Of a stretch of 64,000 bases of DNA, positions 47,759 through 56,387 are shown piece by piece. This stretch comes from Armatimonadota bacterium (GTDB lineage Bacteria; Armatimonadota; UBA5829; DTLH01). The notes under the pieces are model-generated. The model worked only from the letters and a program-made list of their open reading frames with translations. It did not search any database and was not told where the DNA came from. The translations under genes and the position numbers were made by a program. The stretch lies in the NCBI GenBank assembly GCA_038207085.1, contig JBBRAE010000010.1:1-64000 (forward strand), given 5' to 3'. The number at the start of each line of letters is the position of its first letter. Position 1 is the first letter of the stretch.

Positions 47759-48334
47759 ATGTCGCAGTTGAAGATTGTCATCGCGGATGACGAGTCGATT
47801 ATTCGGCTTGATCTAAAGAAGATGCTTGAGGATATGGGGCATATGGTTATCGGAGAGGCCTCCGATGGGCAGAAGGCGCTCGAAATCACTCGTGCGACCA
47901 AACCCGATGTGGCCCTGCTCGACATCAAAATGCCTGTGATGGACGGCCTCGACGCGGCAAAGATCATGAACGAGGAGAAGATCGCTCCGGTCGTTCTGCT
48001 CACCGCCTACAGCCAGCAGGACCTGATCGACCGCGCCAAAGAAGCCGGCGTCTACGCTTACCTCGTCAAACCGTTCAAAGAAAGCGACCTGCTTCCGGCA
48101 ATCGAGATCGCGATTTCGCGCTATCTTGAGGCCCAAGACCTCGAAGCCCAGCTCGGCGACCTCACAACCAAGCTTGACACCCGAAAGATCGTCGACCGCG
48201 CCAAGGGGATACTGATGGACAAATACAACCTCCGCGAGACTGAAGCGTTCAGGCGCATTCAGCAGCAGAGCATGAACACCCGAAAGAGCATGCGCGAGAT
48301 CGCAGAAGCTATAATTATAGCCCACGAAGTGTGA
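47759..48334 (+). CDS. REC-ANTAR response regulator (PdtaR/EutV-like)
   Basis: IADDE, LLDIKMP and YLVKPF, followed by the ANTAR motif RKIVDRAKGILM...EAFRRIQQQSM. Confidence 0.96.
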   Translation: MSQLKIVIADDESIIRLDLKKMLEDMGHMVIGEASDGQKALEITRATKPDVALLDIKMPVMDGLDAAKIMNEEKIAPVVLLTAYSQQDLIDRAKEAGVYAYLVKPFKESDLLPAIEIAISRYLEAQDLEAQLGDLTTKLDTRKIVDRAKGILMDKYNLRETEAFRRIQQQSMNTRKSMREIAEAIIIAHEV

Positions 48335-48338
48335 AACT

Positions 48339-50018
48339 ATGGACAAATCCGCAACCAACACACCAGACATCAACGAACTGCAGGCGAAGATAAAAGAGCT
48401 TGAGTCGAGGATCAAAGAAAAGGAACTCGAAACCTCAGCGCTGCGACAGATCGGGCAGGCAATGGGCTCGATGCTAAACGTCGAGGAGATGCTTCGGCAG
48501 GTCGCAGATATCGTCGTGCAGGTCACCGGGACCGACCTCTGCCTGATCTACCTGCTGAACACCGCGAAAGACGAGCTCATCCTGATGGCTGCGAGCAGAC
48601 CATCAACCGGGGTCATCGGCAAGATTCGCTTGAAGGTCGGCGAAGGCATCACGGGCTGGGTAGCAAAAGAGCGTAAACACGTCGCCGTAGGGCGCGAGGC
48701 CTGGACCGATGCGCGCTTTAAGAGCGTCCCGGGGTTCCGCGAGGACGCCTATCACTCGATGCTTTCCGTGCCTCTTCAGGGAAAAGACAGCCTGGTCGGC
48801 GTCATCAACGTGCGCACCAACCCGCCTCACGAGTACACCGAAACCCAGATCAACCTGCTCTACAGCATCGGCGACCAGATCGGCGGGGCGATCGGAAATT
48901 TCCAACAGTATCAGCGCATGGAGAAGCGCGCCAACCAGCTAACGACGCTCTCCGAGATCAGCAAGACGATCACAAGCGAGCTTTACTTAGAAGAGGTGCT
49001 GCAGCTCATCGTCGGTATGACGGCCGACAGCATGAACTTCAAGATTTGCTCGGTGATGCTCCTTGACGAGGAGAAAAACGAGCTAATTATCAAAGCCACG
49101 CAGAGCAAGAGCCGGGCTTATATAAAGAAACCGAACCTGAAGGTCGGCGAAAGCGTCGCGGGACGGGCGATATCCGAGGACACCCCTGTAACCGTCATGG
49201 ATGTGCGCAAGACCCCCGAGTATCGTTTTCCCGATATCGCTCGGCGTGAGGGCCTGTGTTCCTTGATCGCGCTTCCGCTCAAGGTAAAGGGCAAGAGCAT
49301 CGGCGTCCTCAACTGCTACACGGACAAACCCCACACCTTCACCGAAGAAGAAACGGCGCTTCTTTTGGCGCTTGCGAGCCATGCTGCAATCGCGATCGAG
49401 AACGCCAAGCTTATGGTGCGCTCGGCGATCATCCAGGAGATGCACCACCGGGTAAAAAACAGCCTGCAAACAATCGCGAGCCTGCTTCGGCTTCAGATCC
49501 GCTACGGCAAGTTTGACTCGGTCGAGCAGGTGCTAAACGAGAGCATCAACCGAATCCTGGCGATCGCAGCCGTCCATGAGATGCTCTCAGGCGAGAACCT
49601 CGACAACGTGAGCATCAAGCACGTCGCCGACCGCATCATCGCCGCGACCGGCCAAAGCCTGGTTCCACCCGACAAGAAGATCGACATGGTAGTCTCAGGC
49701 GACGACATAATGCTTTCTTCCCGCAAGGCGACAAGCGTCGCATTGATCCTGAACGAGCTCGTGCAGAACGCGGTCGAGCACGGTTTCAAGACCGTAAACG
49801 AGGGCAAGATCGACATCACGATCAAGGGTGACGATGCAGAGGTGCGCCTGTCGGTAGTCAACAACGGCGAGGCGCTTCCCCGTCACTTCGACCTCCGTCA
49901 CCAGCGAAACCTCGGCCTGCAGATCGTCGAAAACCTAGTTCACGACGACCTGAACGGCTCGTTCGCGCTCCTCAGTGACCGAGGGCTGATCCGTGCGCAG
50001 GTGTCATTCCCGAAGTAG
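48339..50018 (+). CDS. Cytoplasmic GAF-GAF HisKA_2 histidine kinase (PdtaS/EutW-like)
   Basis: Two GAF domains, H-box EMHHRVKNSLQ, NELVQNAVEHG and LGLQIV; no transmembrane segments. Confidence 0.95.
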   Translation: MDKSATNTPDINELQAKIKELESRIKEKELETSALRQIGQAMGSMLNVEEMLRQVADIVVQVTGTDLCLIYLLNTAKDELILMAASRPSTGVIGKIRLKVGEGITGWVAKERKHVAVGREAWTDARFKSVPGFREDAYHSMLSVPLQGKDSLVGVINVRTNPPHEYTETQINLLYSIGDQIGGAIGNFQQYQRMEKRANQLTTLSEISKTITSELYLEEVLQLIVGMTADSMNFKICSVMLLDEEKNELIIKATQSKSRAYIKKPNLKVGESVAGRAISEDTPVTVMDVRKTPEYRFPDIARREGLCSLIALPLKVKGKSIGVLNCYTDKPHTFTEEETALLLALASHAAIAIENAKLMVRSAIIQEMHHRVKNSLQTIASLLRLQIRYGKFDSVEQVLNESINRILAIAAVHEMLSGENLDNVSIKHVADRIIAATGQSLVPPDKKIDMVVSGDDIMLSSRKATSVALILNELVQNAVEHGFKTVNEGKIDITIKGDDAEVRLSVVNNGEALPRHFDLRHQRNLGLQIVENLVHDDLNGSFALLSDRGLIRAQVSFPK

Positions 50019-50026
50019 GTAGCAGA

Positions 50027-50749
50027 TTGAAAACCAAAATACCAAACACATCCACTTGCACCGTATGCGCGAAACAGATGAGCGCCACCGAACTCTTCCC
50101 AGGAGCTCTGGTCAGGGATACGATCGCCAATGAGATACGCACAGACCACCCGGACTGGTCCGACACCAGTCTGATATGCCGCGACGATTTGGAGCACTAC
50201 CGGGCTCTTTTCGTGCAGCACACCCTGGAACAGGAGAAAGGCGAACTCTCAGATTTGGAAATTGAGGTCGTCCGCTCCATGCAAGAGCAGGAACTGCTGA
50301 CAAAGAACCTCAACGAGCAGTTTGACAGCAACCTCACGTTCGGCCAACGCATAGCGGACAAGGTAGCTACATTCGGCGGAAGCTGGAACTTCATCATTTC
50401 ATTCGGCATCGTGCTGGCGTTCTGGATAACGATGAACTCCATCGCTATGGTCCGCCATTTCGACCCGTTTCCCTTTATCCTGCTGAACCTGGTGCTCTCC
50501 TGCATCGCTGCAATGCAGGCTCCTGTGATTATGATGAGCCAGAACCGGCAAGAAACAAAAGACCGTCTACGCTCCGAGCACGACTACCAGGTGAACCTGA
50601 AAGCCGAGCTTGAGATACAGGGCCTGAGCGAAAAGATCGACCACCTTCTTCAGAAGCAGTGGCAAAGGCTGATGGATATACAGCAAATCCAGACCGACCT
50701 TATGCAAGACATAATGAATGATAACCACAATCACACAGGCGAGAAGTGA
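50027..50749 (+). CDS. DUF1003 membrane protein
   Basis: GQRIADKVATFGGSW, FDPFPFILLNL, APVIMMSQNRQ and DYQVNLKAE. Confidence 0.93.
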   Translation: MKTKIPNTSTCTVCAKQMSATELFPGALVRDTIANEIRTDHPDWSDTSLICRDDLEHYRALFVQHTLEQEKGELSDLEIEVVRSMQEQELLTKNLNEQFDSNLTFGQRIADKVATFGGSWNFIISFGIVLAFWITMNSIAMVRHFDPFPFILLNLVLSCIAAMQAPVIMMSQNRQETKDRLRSEHDYQVNLKAELEIQGLSEKIDHLLQKQWQRLMDIQQIQTDLMQDIMNDNHNHTGEK

Positions 50750-50946
50750 TGAGCACACCACTGGTCACCGAAAAAGACCGAGAAATGGCCCAGAAGTGCG
50801 TCGAGTGTCCGGTATGCTCCCACGCCAGACGCAAACAGGGGGGCATAATCTACTGGTTCGTCAAGCGAGTCGAGGGTGGAGTCTGCCCTTACTGCAAGGC
50901 CTACGAAAGAGTCTATGGGCGGAAGGCGCACGAGCCGGAGGGGTAG
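50749..50946 (+). CDS. Small Cys-rich hypothetical protein
   Basis: CVECPVC...CPYC motifs; start overlaps the upstream stop. Confidence 0.75.
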   Translation: MSTPLVTEKDREMAQKCVECPVCSHARRKQGGIIYWFVKRVEGGVCPYCKAYERVYGRKAHEPEG

Positions 50947-50947
50947 A

Positions 50948-51439
50948 ATGATCCACAATCAGCAGGGCGACCTCAAGAAGTCGTTCCCACGTTGGACGCG
51001 CGAAAGTCGAATACAGGGTACAGTGTTCTTTGGCGTGATGTTAGAGGTAATGTGTGTAAGCGCCTGGCTGCTGCCATTCCTTCTTCGGGGCCGGAACATA
51101 CCGGTTGAACGAGCGGTAATTACCAGCGCTGGTGCTCCCATCGCGGCGCTCTTTTTGCACTGGATTTCTGGACTGCAAAAGATCACCGTCTCAGACAAAG
51201 GCATCAAGATCGGAGACAGCGGACTTGTTCGTTGGCAGAGCATCGAAAGTATCGAAGAGGGATTGTCTCGACGGAAGCCCCCACGCAAGATGTTCACGAT
51301 CAACTTCCGCAGGCGAAACATCCCGTGCAAACACGAGATCATCACCTATCCGGAAGTGATGGACGAGATAATGGCCCTGATGGAGCACTTCATCCCGGAA
51401 AAGGTTCGACGTTCATCACCTGCTGCATCCGGAGAGTAG
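50948..51439 (+). CDS. Hypothetical membrane protein (2 TM plus a small soluble domain)
   Basis: ATG 50948 follows GGAGGGG; two hydrophobic segments. Confidence 0.65.
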   Translation: MIHNQQGDLKKSFPRWTRESRIQGTVFFGVMLEVMCVSAWLLPFLLRGRNIPVERAVITSAGAPIAALFLHWISGLQKITVSDKGIKIGDSGLVRWQSIESIEEGLSRRKPPRKMFTINFRRRNIPCKHEIITYPEVMDEIMALMEHFIPEKVRRSSPAASGE

Positions 51440-51549
51440 ATTTCTCAGGCGAAACCTGTCGCGCGCGTCGTGCGATGTCGCGTTTGTCGCGATTCAGCAA
51501 GTGCGCATCGGGACGAGCCACCCCGCCCCGACGCGCTAACCGGCCTGAC

Positions 51550-53034
51550 TTACGCCAGAAATTTCCCCTTCAAATACTCCACAAACGGCCCCGCCTGAAG
51601 CTCTTTGCCTGTAATTTTCTTGATCAGCTCCGGCCCCTTGTAGCGCATGCCGTGGACGTGGACGTTTTCTCTCAGCCACGATAGAAGCGGGTCGAAGTCG
51701 CCGCGCTCGATCTGGCTGGAGAGGTTGGGGATCGCCCCCTGGATCGTCTCCATCATCATGGAGTTGTAGAGGTTCCCGAGCGCGTAGGTCGGGAAATAGC
51801 CGATCGCGCCGTCATACCAGTGCATATCCTGCATCACGCCGTCTTTGTAGTCGGTCGAGGATACCCCGAGATATTTCTCATACATCGCGTTCCAAGCCTC
51901 GGGCAGATCCGCGACCTTTAGCTCGCCTGCAAGAAGCCGCTCTTCAAGAAGCATCCTGATCACGACGTGCTGAGAGTAGGTAACCTCGTCGGCCTCTACT
52001 CGAACCAGGCTAGGCGTGACACGGTTAACCTTCAGCCAGAGGGCGTCGGGGTCGGCAAGCTCGCTTCCGGGGAAGAACTCAGCGATCACGGGCGCGAGGT
52101 ACTCGCAGAACTCGCGACTTCGCCCGACCAGGTTTTCCCAAAGCCGGGACTGTGACTCATGAATGCCGAGCGACACCGCGCTTCCCATCGGAGTCCCTGC
52201 CCACTTCACCGGCAGCCCGAGTTCATAGAGCGCGTGCCCGGTCTCATGGATCACTCCGTAGAGCGACGGCAGCGGATTGTTCGCCTCATATCGCGTGGTA
52301 ATCCTGAAGTCGCGCGGCCCAAGCGAGGTCATAAACGGGTGCGGCGCGGTGTCGAGCCTGCCCGAATCAAAGCTGAAGCCCAAATCAAAAGAGACTTTTT
52401 GATCAAGCTCATACTGTGCTTTGGGGGCATACTCACCGTTTGGCTCTTCGACTCCGGCGAACCTGTCGGTGATCGCGGGGATAATCTCCCGCAGCCGCTC
52501 CCCGAGGTCCAAGAGCAGCGGCTTGACGGTCGAAGTCTTCGCGCCGGGCTCGTAGATATCGAGCAGCGCGTCGTAGGGGTTCTCTTCGTAGCCGACATAC
52601 TCCGCGCGCCGCCTGGAGAGCTCGACCAGCTTCTCAAGATACGGTTTCACCGCCGCCCAGTCGTTTTCGGGACGAGCCTTGGCCCACACGCTAAACGATA
52701 GCGCGCTTGTCTCGGCCAACTCTGCCACGAACTCAGCGGGGAGTTTGCGCTCGCGGTCGAGTTCGCGCTTCATCTCTCGGACGTTTACGAGGTCGTCCGG
52801 TGAGAGGCTTTCGAGGTTGGCTGCGAGTTCGTCGACTGCTTTTAGAAACGCAGTGTCGGTCGCTCGTGCGTGTGAGGTGGTCGCAATATACTCAAGCTGG
52901 GTTGCGCGAGCCTGAGCTGCCTGGGTGGGCATATAAGTCTGCTGGTCCCAACCCAAGAGCGCCCCGATGCAGCCGAGGCGGTAAAGTTCGGAAAGCCTAT
53001 CATAAAACAACTTCAGGTCGTTCTGATTGTCCAT
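51550..53034 (-). CDS. Carboxypeptidase Taq (M32 family)
   Basis: WDQQTYMP, HPF, HETGH, HESQSR, RVEADE, QDMHW and GYFPTY. Confidence 0.96.
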   Translation of the reverse strand: MDNQNDLKLFYDRLSELYRLGCIGALLGWDQQTYMPTQAAQARATQLEYIATTSHARATDTAFLKAVDELAANLESLSPDDLVNVREMKRELDRERKLPAEFVAELAETSALSFSVWAKARPENDWAAVKPYLEKLVELSRRRAEYVGYEENPYDALLDIYEPGAKTSTVKPLLLDLGERLREIIPAITDRFAGVEEPNGEYAPKAQYELDQKVSFDLGFSFDSGRLDTAPHPFMTSLGPRDFRITTRYEANNPLPSLYGVIHETGHALYELGLPVKWAGTPMGSAVSLGIHESQSRLWENLVGRSREFCEYLAPVIAEFFPGSELADPDALWLKVNRVTPSLVRVEADEVTYSQHVVIRMLLEERLLAGELKVADLPEAWNAMYEKYLGVSSTDYKDGVMQDMHWYDGAIGYFPTYALGNLYNSMMMETIQGAIPNLSSQIERGDFDPLLSWLRENVHVHGMRYKGPELIKKITGKELQAGPFVEYLKGKFLA

Positions 53035-53110
53035 TTGCTCCTCCGGAAATATCTCTGTAAGGAAGCCTGCAAGCGGCCCCGTGCATTGTATTCCCTGAAG
53101 AGGACCGGAG

Positions 53111-53311
53111 TCAACCAGAAAATCCGCAGAGTTCGTTCTTCTCGACAGATTCGTCGGTTATTCCCTCAAAATGAAGCTGATAAGCGTTCGTCGCGTCGGC
53201 GATGGCCTCTTCGTAAGTCTCCCCCTGCCCGACAACCATCGCGTCCCGCCCTTCAGCAACCGCAACGCAGCCAGATTCGTCACACTCGATAGTGATCTTG
53301 AGTTGAGTCAT
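53111..53311 (-). CDS. Small HicB-like (RNase H-like fold) protein without an adjacent toxin on the same strand
   Basis: GQGETYEEAIADATNAYQLHFE matches the HicB N-terminal motif. Confidence 0.75.
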   Translation of the reverse strand: MTQLKITIECDESGCVAVAEGRDAMVVGQGETYEEAIADATNAYQLHFEGITDESVEKNELCGFSG

Positions 53312-53518
53312 AGTGTTGTGTTCCCCTCTAGCCAAACAATACTGGTAATAATCACAGCCCCGAGAATCTTACTCCCCGGGGCTGCGTTTCGTCAAGTCGA
53401 ACCAAACAGATGCTTTAGTCTAGCCATCTATCTTTGTCACAGATTCACTGCAATCACAATCACGACAGGATGCAGGAAAATAATGTGTTAGTTGCGTGCA
53501 ATAATGGGGAATTACTGA

Positions 53519-53547
53519 TTGACGAATGATATCGCCTGTGATATCAT
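53519..53547 (+). promoter_or_regulatory. sigma70 promoter and palindromic operator of the hicA-hicB-secB operon
   Basis: TTGACG-17 nt-TATCAT with a TGn extension; ATGATATC-GCCTGT-GATATCAT inverted repeat at 53526-53547. Confidence 0.8.
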
Positions 53548-53553
53548 CCATAC

Positions 53554-53868
53554 ATGGCTAAGGCTGAGGAAGTACTTCGAAAATGGAAGAGCTATTGTCC
53601 TCCAGAAGTTGACCTTGATGACTTCGAAAAGGTCATACGAGCTTACCTGGGCAATTGGCTCAGGGAGAAGACAGGCACTTCACATGTGTTCATTGTTGAG
53701 CACCCTGCCTTAGCATATGTTCCTGCATTCGGTGGCAACTGCACCTTGGCAGTGTCTTTGTAGTCCGGTCGAAGAGTCAAGGGCGTATACGTTGATCACA
53801 TGCTAAAGGCTATTGAATGTATTGAACTATATGAAGACGTAATGAACAACAAAGGAGACCAGTCATGA
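53554..53868 (+). pseudogene. HicA-like mRNA interferase toxin interrupted by an in-frame TAG at 53761-53763
   Basis: MAKAEEVLRKW...GTSHVFIVEHP...VSL*SGRRVKGVYVDHMLKAIE. The frame continues to TGA 53866-53868, which overlaps the hicB ATG. Confidence 0.8.
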
Positions 53869-54416
53869 AGCCCGGTACACTAGATTACTACATGACTCTG
53901 GATTACCCTGTAGAGATTCGTGCAATCCCTGATGAGCTAGGTGGCGGATACTCAGCGTCCATTCCCTATTTGGGCAGATGGGCATTTTTCGCTGAAGGAG
54001 ATACAGCGCAGGAAGCACTTGAGGCTCTGCAAGAGCTTAAGGTTACACTCTTTGAAGACATGATCAGTAGAGGTAAGACCATTCCTCTGCCGCCACCTAT
54101 TCCGGAGCAAGAGCTGGAGGAATATAGTGGCCGCATCCTCTTGAGGATACGCAAGGAATTGCACAAGGATGTTGCCCGCATGGCTGAGAAAGATGGTTGC
54201 AGCGTCAACCACTACATATCTGATATTCTCACCCAGCACGTAGGTGGCGCACAAGTAGCGGAGTTGTTCGCAAATAGAATCGCATCGACCTTTGCCGCCT
54301 CGTCGTTGGAGCAAGAACGCTTGAAGGGCAGTTATGAGCTAGACACGCAGGCCAAGCCGTCACTACAATTACTGTCGCGTCAGTATGATATGCGGACTTT
54401 TGATGCAGCTTCTTAG
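53865..54416 (+). CDS. HicB-family antitoxin with RHH domain and C-terminal extension
   Basis: YYMTLDYP, GGGYSASIP, EGDTAQEAL, YSGRILLRIRKELH...SVNHYI, plus a ~55-aa tail. Confidence 0.92.
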   Translation: MKPGTLDYYMTLDYPVEIRAIPDELGGGYSASIPYLGRWAFFAEGDTAQEALEALQELKVTLFEDMISRGKTIPLPPPIPEQELEEYSGRILLRIRKELHKDVARMAEKDGCSVNHYISDILTQHVGGAQVAELFANRIASTFAASSLEQERLKGSYELDTQAKPSLQLLSRQYDMRTFDAAS

Positions 54417-54433
54417 CGCGACTTAAGGATTTG

Positions 54434-54892
54434 ATGATGAACCAAACAGAATTCGATGCAAAACCAGCGATATCACCAGAAGAATACGGCAAGGTAATTC
54501 GAGGATTGGAGCTCCGAAGTATCTCCCTTCTGGAATGCGATGTCAAATCGGACCCCGAGACTTCGAAGATTGCTTTTGCTGAACTTGGAAAAATACCCGT
54601 AGACACTAGTGAAAACGCTAGCTTCGCTGTCATTGACGGGACAGTAAATGTCACACACAGTTATTTGCTGCAATCCCGGTACAAACGAAAGAATATTCTC
54701 GCAGTTAAAGCAAATTACTTGCTGACTTTTGCCAGTAGTGAGGAGTTCAGCCCAGAGTTCTTTGAGGTTTTTCAGCAAATAGCCCTACCAATGTTTACTT
54801 GGCCATATTTTCGAGAGTTCGTAGCATCTATGACAGGGCGTATGGACCTACCAGAACTGCAATTAGGGCTAAAACACCAGCCTCATTTCTGA
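54434..54892 (+). CDS. SecB-like chaperone
   Basis: ~150 aa with C-terminal WPYFREFVASMTGRMDLPELQL, matching the SecB motif (F/W)PYxRxxxxxxTxR. Confidence 0.85.
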   Translation: MMNQTEFDAKPAISPEEYGKVIRGLELRSISLLECDVKSDPETSKIAFAELGKIPVDTSENASFAVIDGTVNVTHSYLLQSRYKRKNILAVKANYLLTFASSEEFSPEFFEVFQQIALPMFTWPYFREFVASMTGRMDLPELQLGLKHQPHF

Positions 54893-54912
54893 CGACTTTC
54901 AAGTATATATCT

Positions 54913-54949
54913 AGCAAGAAGCCCCAGATTACCTCTGGGGCTTCTTGCT
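54913..54949. terminator. Terminator between convergent genes
   Basis: AGCAAGAAGCCCCAGA-TTACC-TCTGGGGCTTCTTGCT. Confidence 0.85.
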
Positions 54950-54957
54950 TCTGTGGG

Positions 54958-56385
54958 CTAGTTCTCTACCGGCAGTCCATTCTTCTCCCGAATATACCTG
55001 TCGATACCCTGTGCGGCGACCTTGCCTGCGCCCATCGCGGTGATGACGGTCGCGGCTCCGGTGACGGCGTCGCCTCCGGCGAAGAGGCCAGGTATGGAAG
55101 TCATTCCGGTCTCATCGTTGATGATAATCCCGCCCCACTTCTGCACCTGCAGCCCGTCGGTGGTGGAGCGAATGAGCGGGTTTGGGCTCTGGCCGATTGC
55201 GATGATCGCTGTGTCGAGCTCCATCACAAACTCGCTTCCAGGAACCGGGACCGGGCGGCGGCGACCCGAGTCGTCGGGCTCACCGAGCTCCATCCTCAGG
55301 CACTCCATGCCGATCAATTGGCCCTTTTCGTCGCCGATAAAGCGCGTGGGGTTGGTGAGGAGCTTAAACTCGACTCCCTCGTGCTCGGCGTTTTCGATCT
55401 CCTCTGCGCGAGCGGGCATCTCCGCGCGGCTGCGGCGGTAGACGATCGTCACGTTCTCAGCTCCCACTCGAAGCGCGGTGCGGGTGCAGTCCATAGCGGT
55501 GTTCCCAGCGCCGATGACTGCGACCTTCCTGGGCTTACGAAGCGGAGTCACATACTCGGGGAACCGATTCGCGCGCATCAGATTAATTCGGGTCAGCCAT
55601 TCGTTCCCCGAAAGCACGCCGTTCAGGTTCTCACCGGCAAGCTTCATCATCTGAGGAGCGCCAGCGCCTGAGCCGACGAACACTGCGTCAAACCCCTGCG
55701 CAAGCATCTCCTGGATCGTCACGGTCTTGCCGATGACGACGTTTTTCACAATCTTCGCGCCAAGGCTCTTTACGTAGTCGATCTCCCTGTCCAGGATATC
55801 GCGCGGCAGGCGGAACTCGGGGATGCCGTAGCGCAGCACGCCGCCGGTGTGGTGCAGCGCCTCGAAAATCGTGACCGAGTAGCCCATCTTGGCGAGGTCA
55901 CCGGCAACCGTAAGCCCGGCTGGGCCGGAACCTACTACCGCTACCGCGTATTTGTTAAGCGACGGGTCGGCAGGGCCTTCGACAGCGTCGAGTTTGCCCG
56001 CTGAGTTCAGCGCCTCGTAATCGGCGACGAACCGCTCGATGCGGCCGATCGCGACCGGCTCACCGGCTTTGCCAAGCACGCAGAGCTTCTCGCACTGCTC
56101 TTCCTGAGGGCAAACGCGCCCGCAGACCGCGGGAAGGCTGTTTGTCTTCTTCAGAGCCGACGCGGCCTCCATGAACCTGCCCTCTGCGGCAAGCGTGACG
56201 AACTCGGGGATGTCCACCATCACAGGGCAGCCGAGCATGCAGGGCTTTTTCTTGCAGCCGAGGCAGCGCTTGGCTTCGTTTAGCGCCTGCTCTTCGGTGT
56301 ATCCGAGCGCCACTTCGTAGAAATTCTTCACGCGCTCAGCGGCAGGCTGCTGAGGCATATCTTCGCGCGGTTTTATGTTTGCCAT
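54958..56385 (-). CDS. nfnB: NfnAB transhydrogenase large subunit (SudA/GltD-like)
   Basis: RCLGC..PC..GCP, CGRVCPQEEQCE, GSGPAG, GAGNTAMD, YRR and GGDAVTG; immediately downstream of nfnA. Confidence 0.88.
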   Translation of the reverse strand: MANIKPREDMPQQPAAERVKNFYEVALGYTEEQALNEAKRCLGCKKKPCMLGCPVMVDIPEFVTLAAEGRFMEAASALKKTNSLPAVCGRVCPQEEQCEKLCVLGKAGEPVAIGRIERFVADYEALNSAGKLDAVEGPADPSLNKYAVAVVGSGPAGLTVAGDLAKMGYSVTIFEALHHTGGVLRYGIPEFRLPRDILDREIDYVKSLGAKIVKNVVIGKTVTIQEMLAQGFDAVFVGSGAGAPQMMKLAGENLNGVLSGNEWLTRINLMRANRFPEYVTPLRKPRKVAVIGAGNTAMDCTRTALRVGAENVTIVYRRSRAEMPARAEEIENAEHEGVEFKLLTNPTRFIGDEKGQLIGMECLRMELGEPDDSGRRRPVPVPGSEFVMELDTAIIAIGQSPNPLIRSTTDGLQVQKWGGIIINDETGMTSIPGLFAGGDAVTGAATVITAMGAGKVAAQGIDRYIREKNGLPVEN

Positions 56386-56387
56386 TG

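Noticed and set aside
47632..48003. N-terminal extension of ORF 46630-48003
   Set aside because: It overlaps the ANTAR regulator in antisense; a good RBS and ATG exist at 47631.
53761..53763. Genome-wide TAG recoding
   Set aside because: TAG is the normal stop of several intact genes here (e.g. ending at 6098, 7167, 44658 and 50018).
54958..56385. Glutamate synthase small subunit gltD
   Set aside because: There is no gltB nearby and the gene is paired with a SudB/NfnA gene, which indicates NfnAB.
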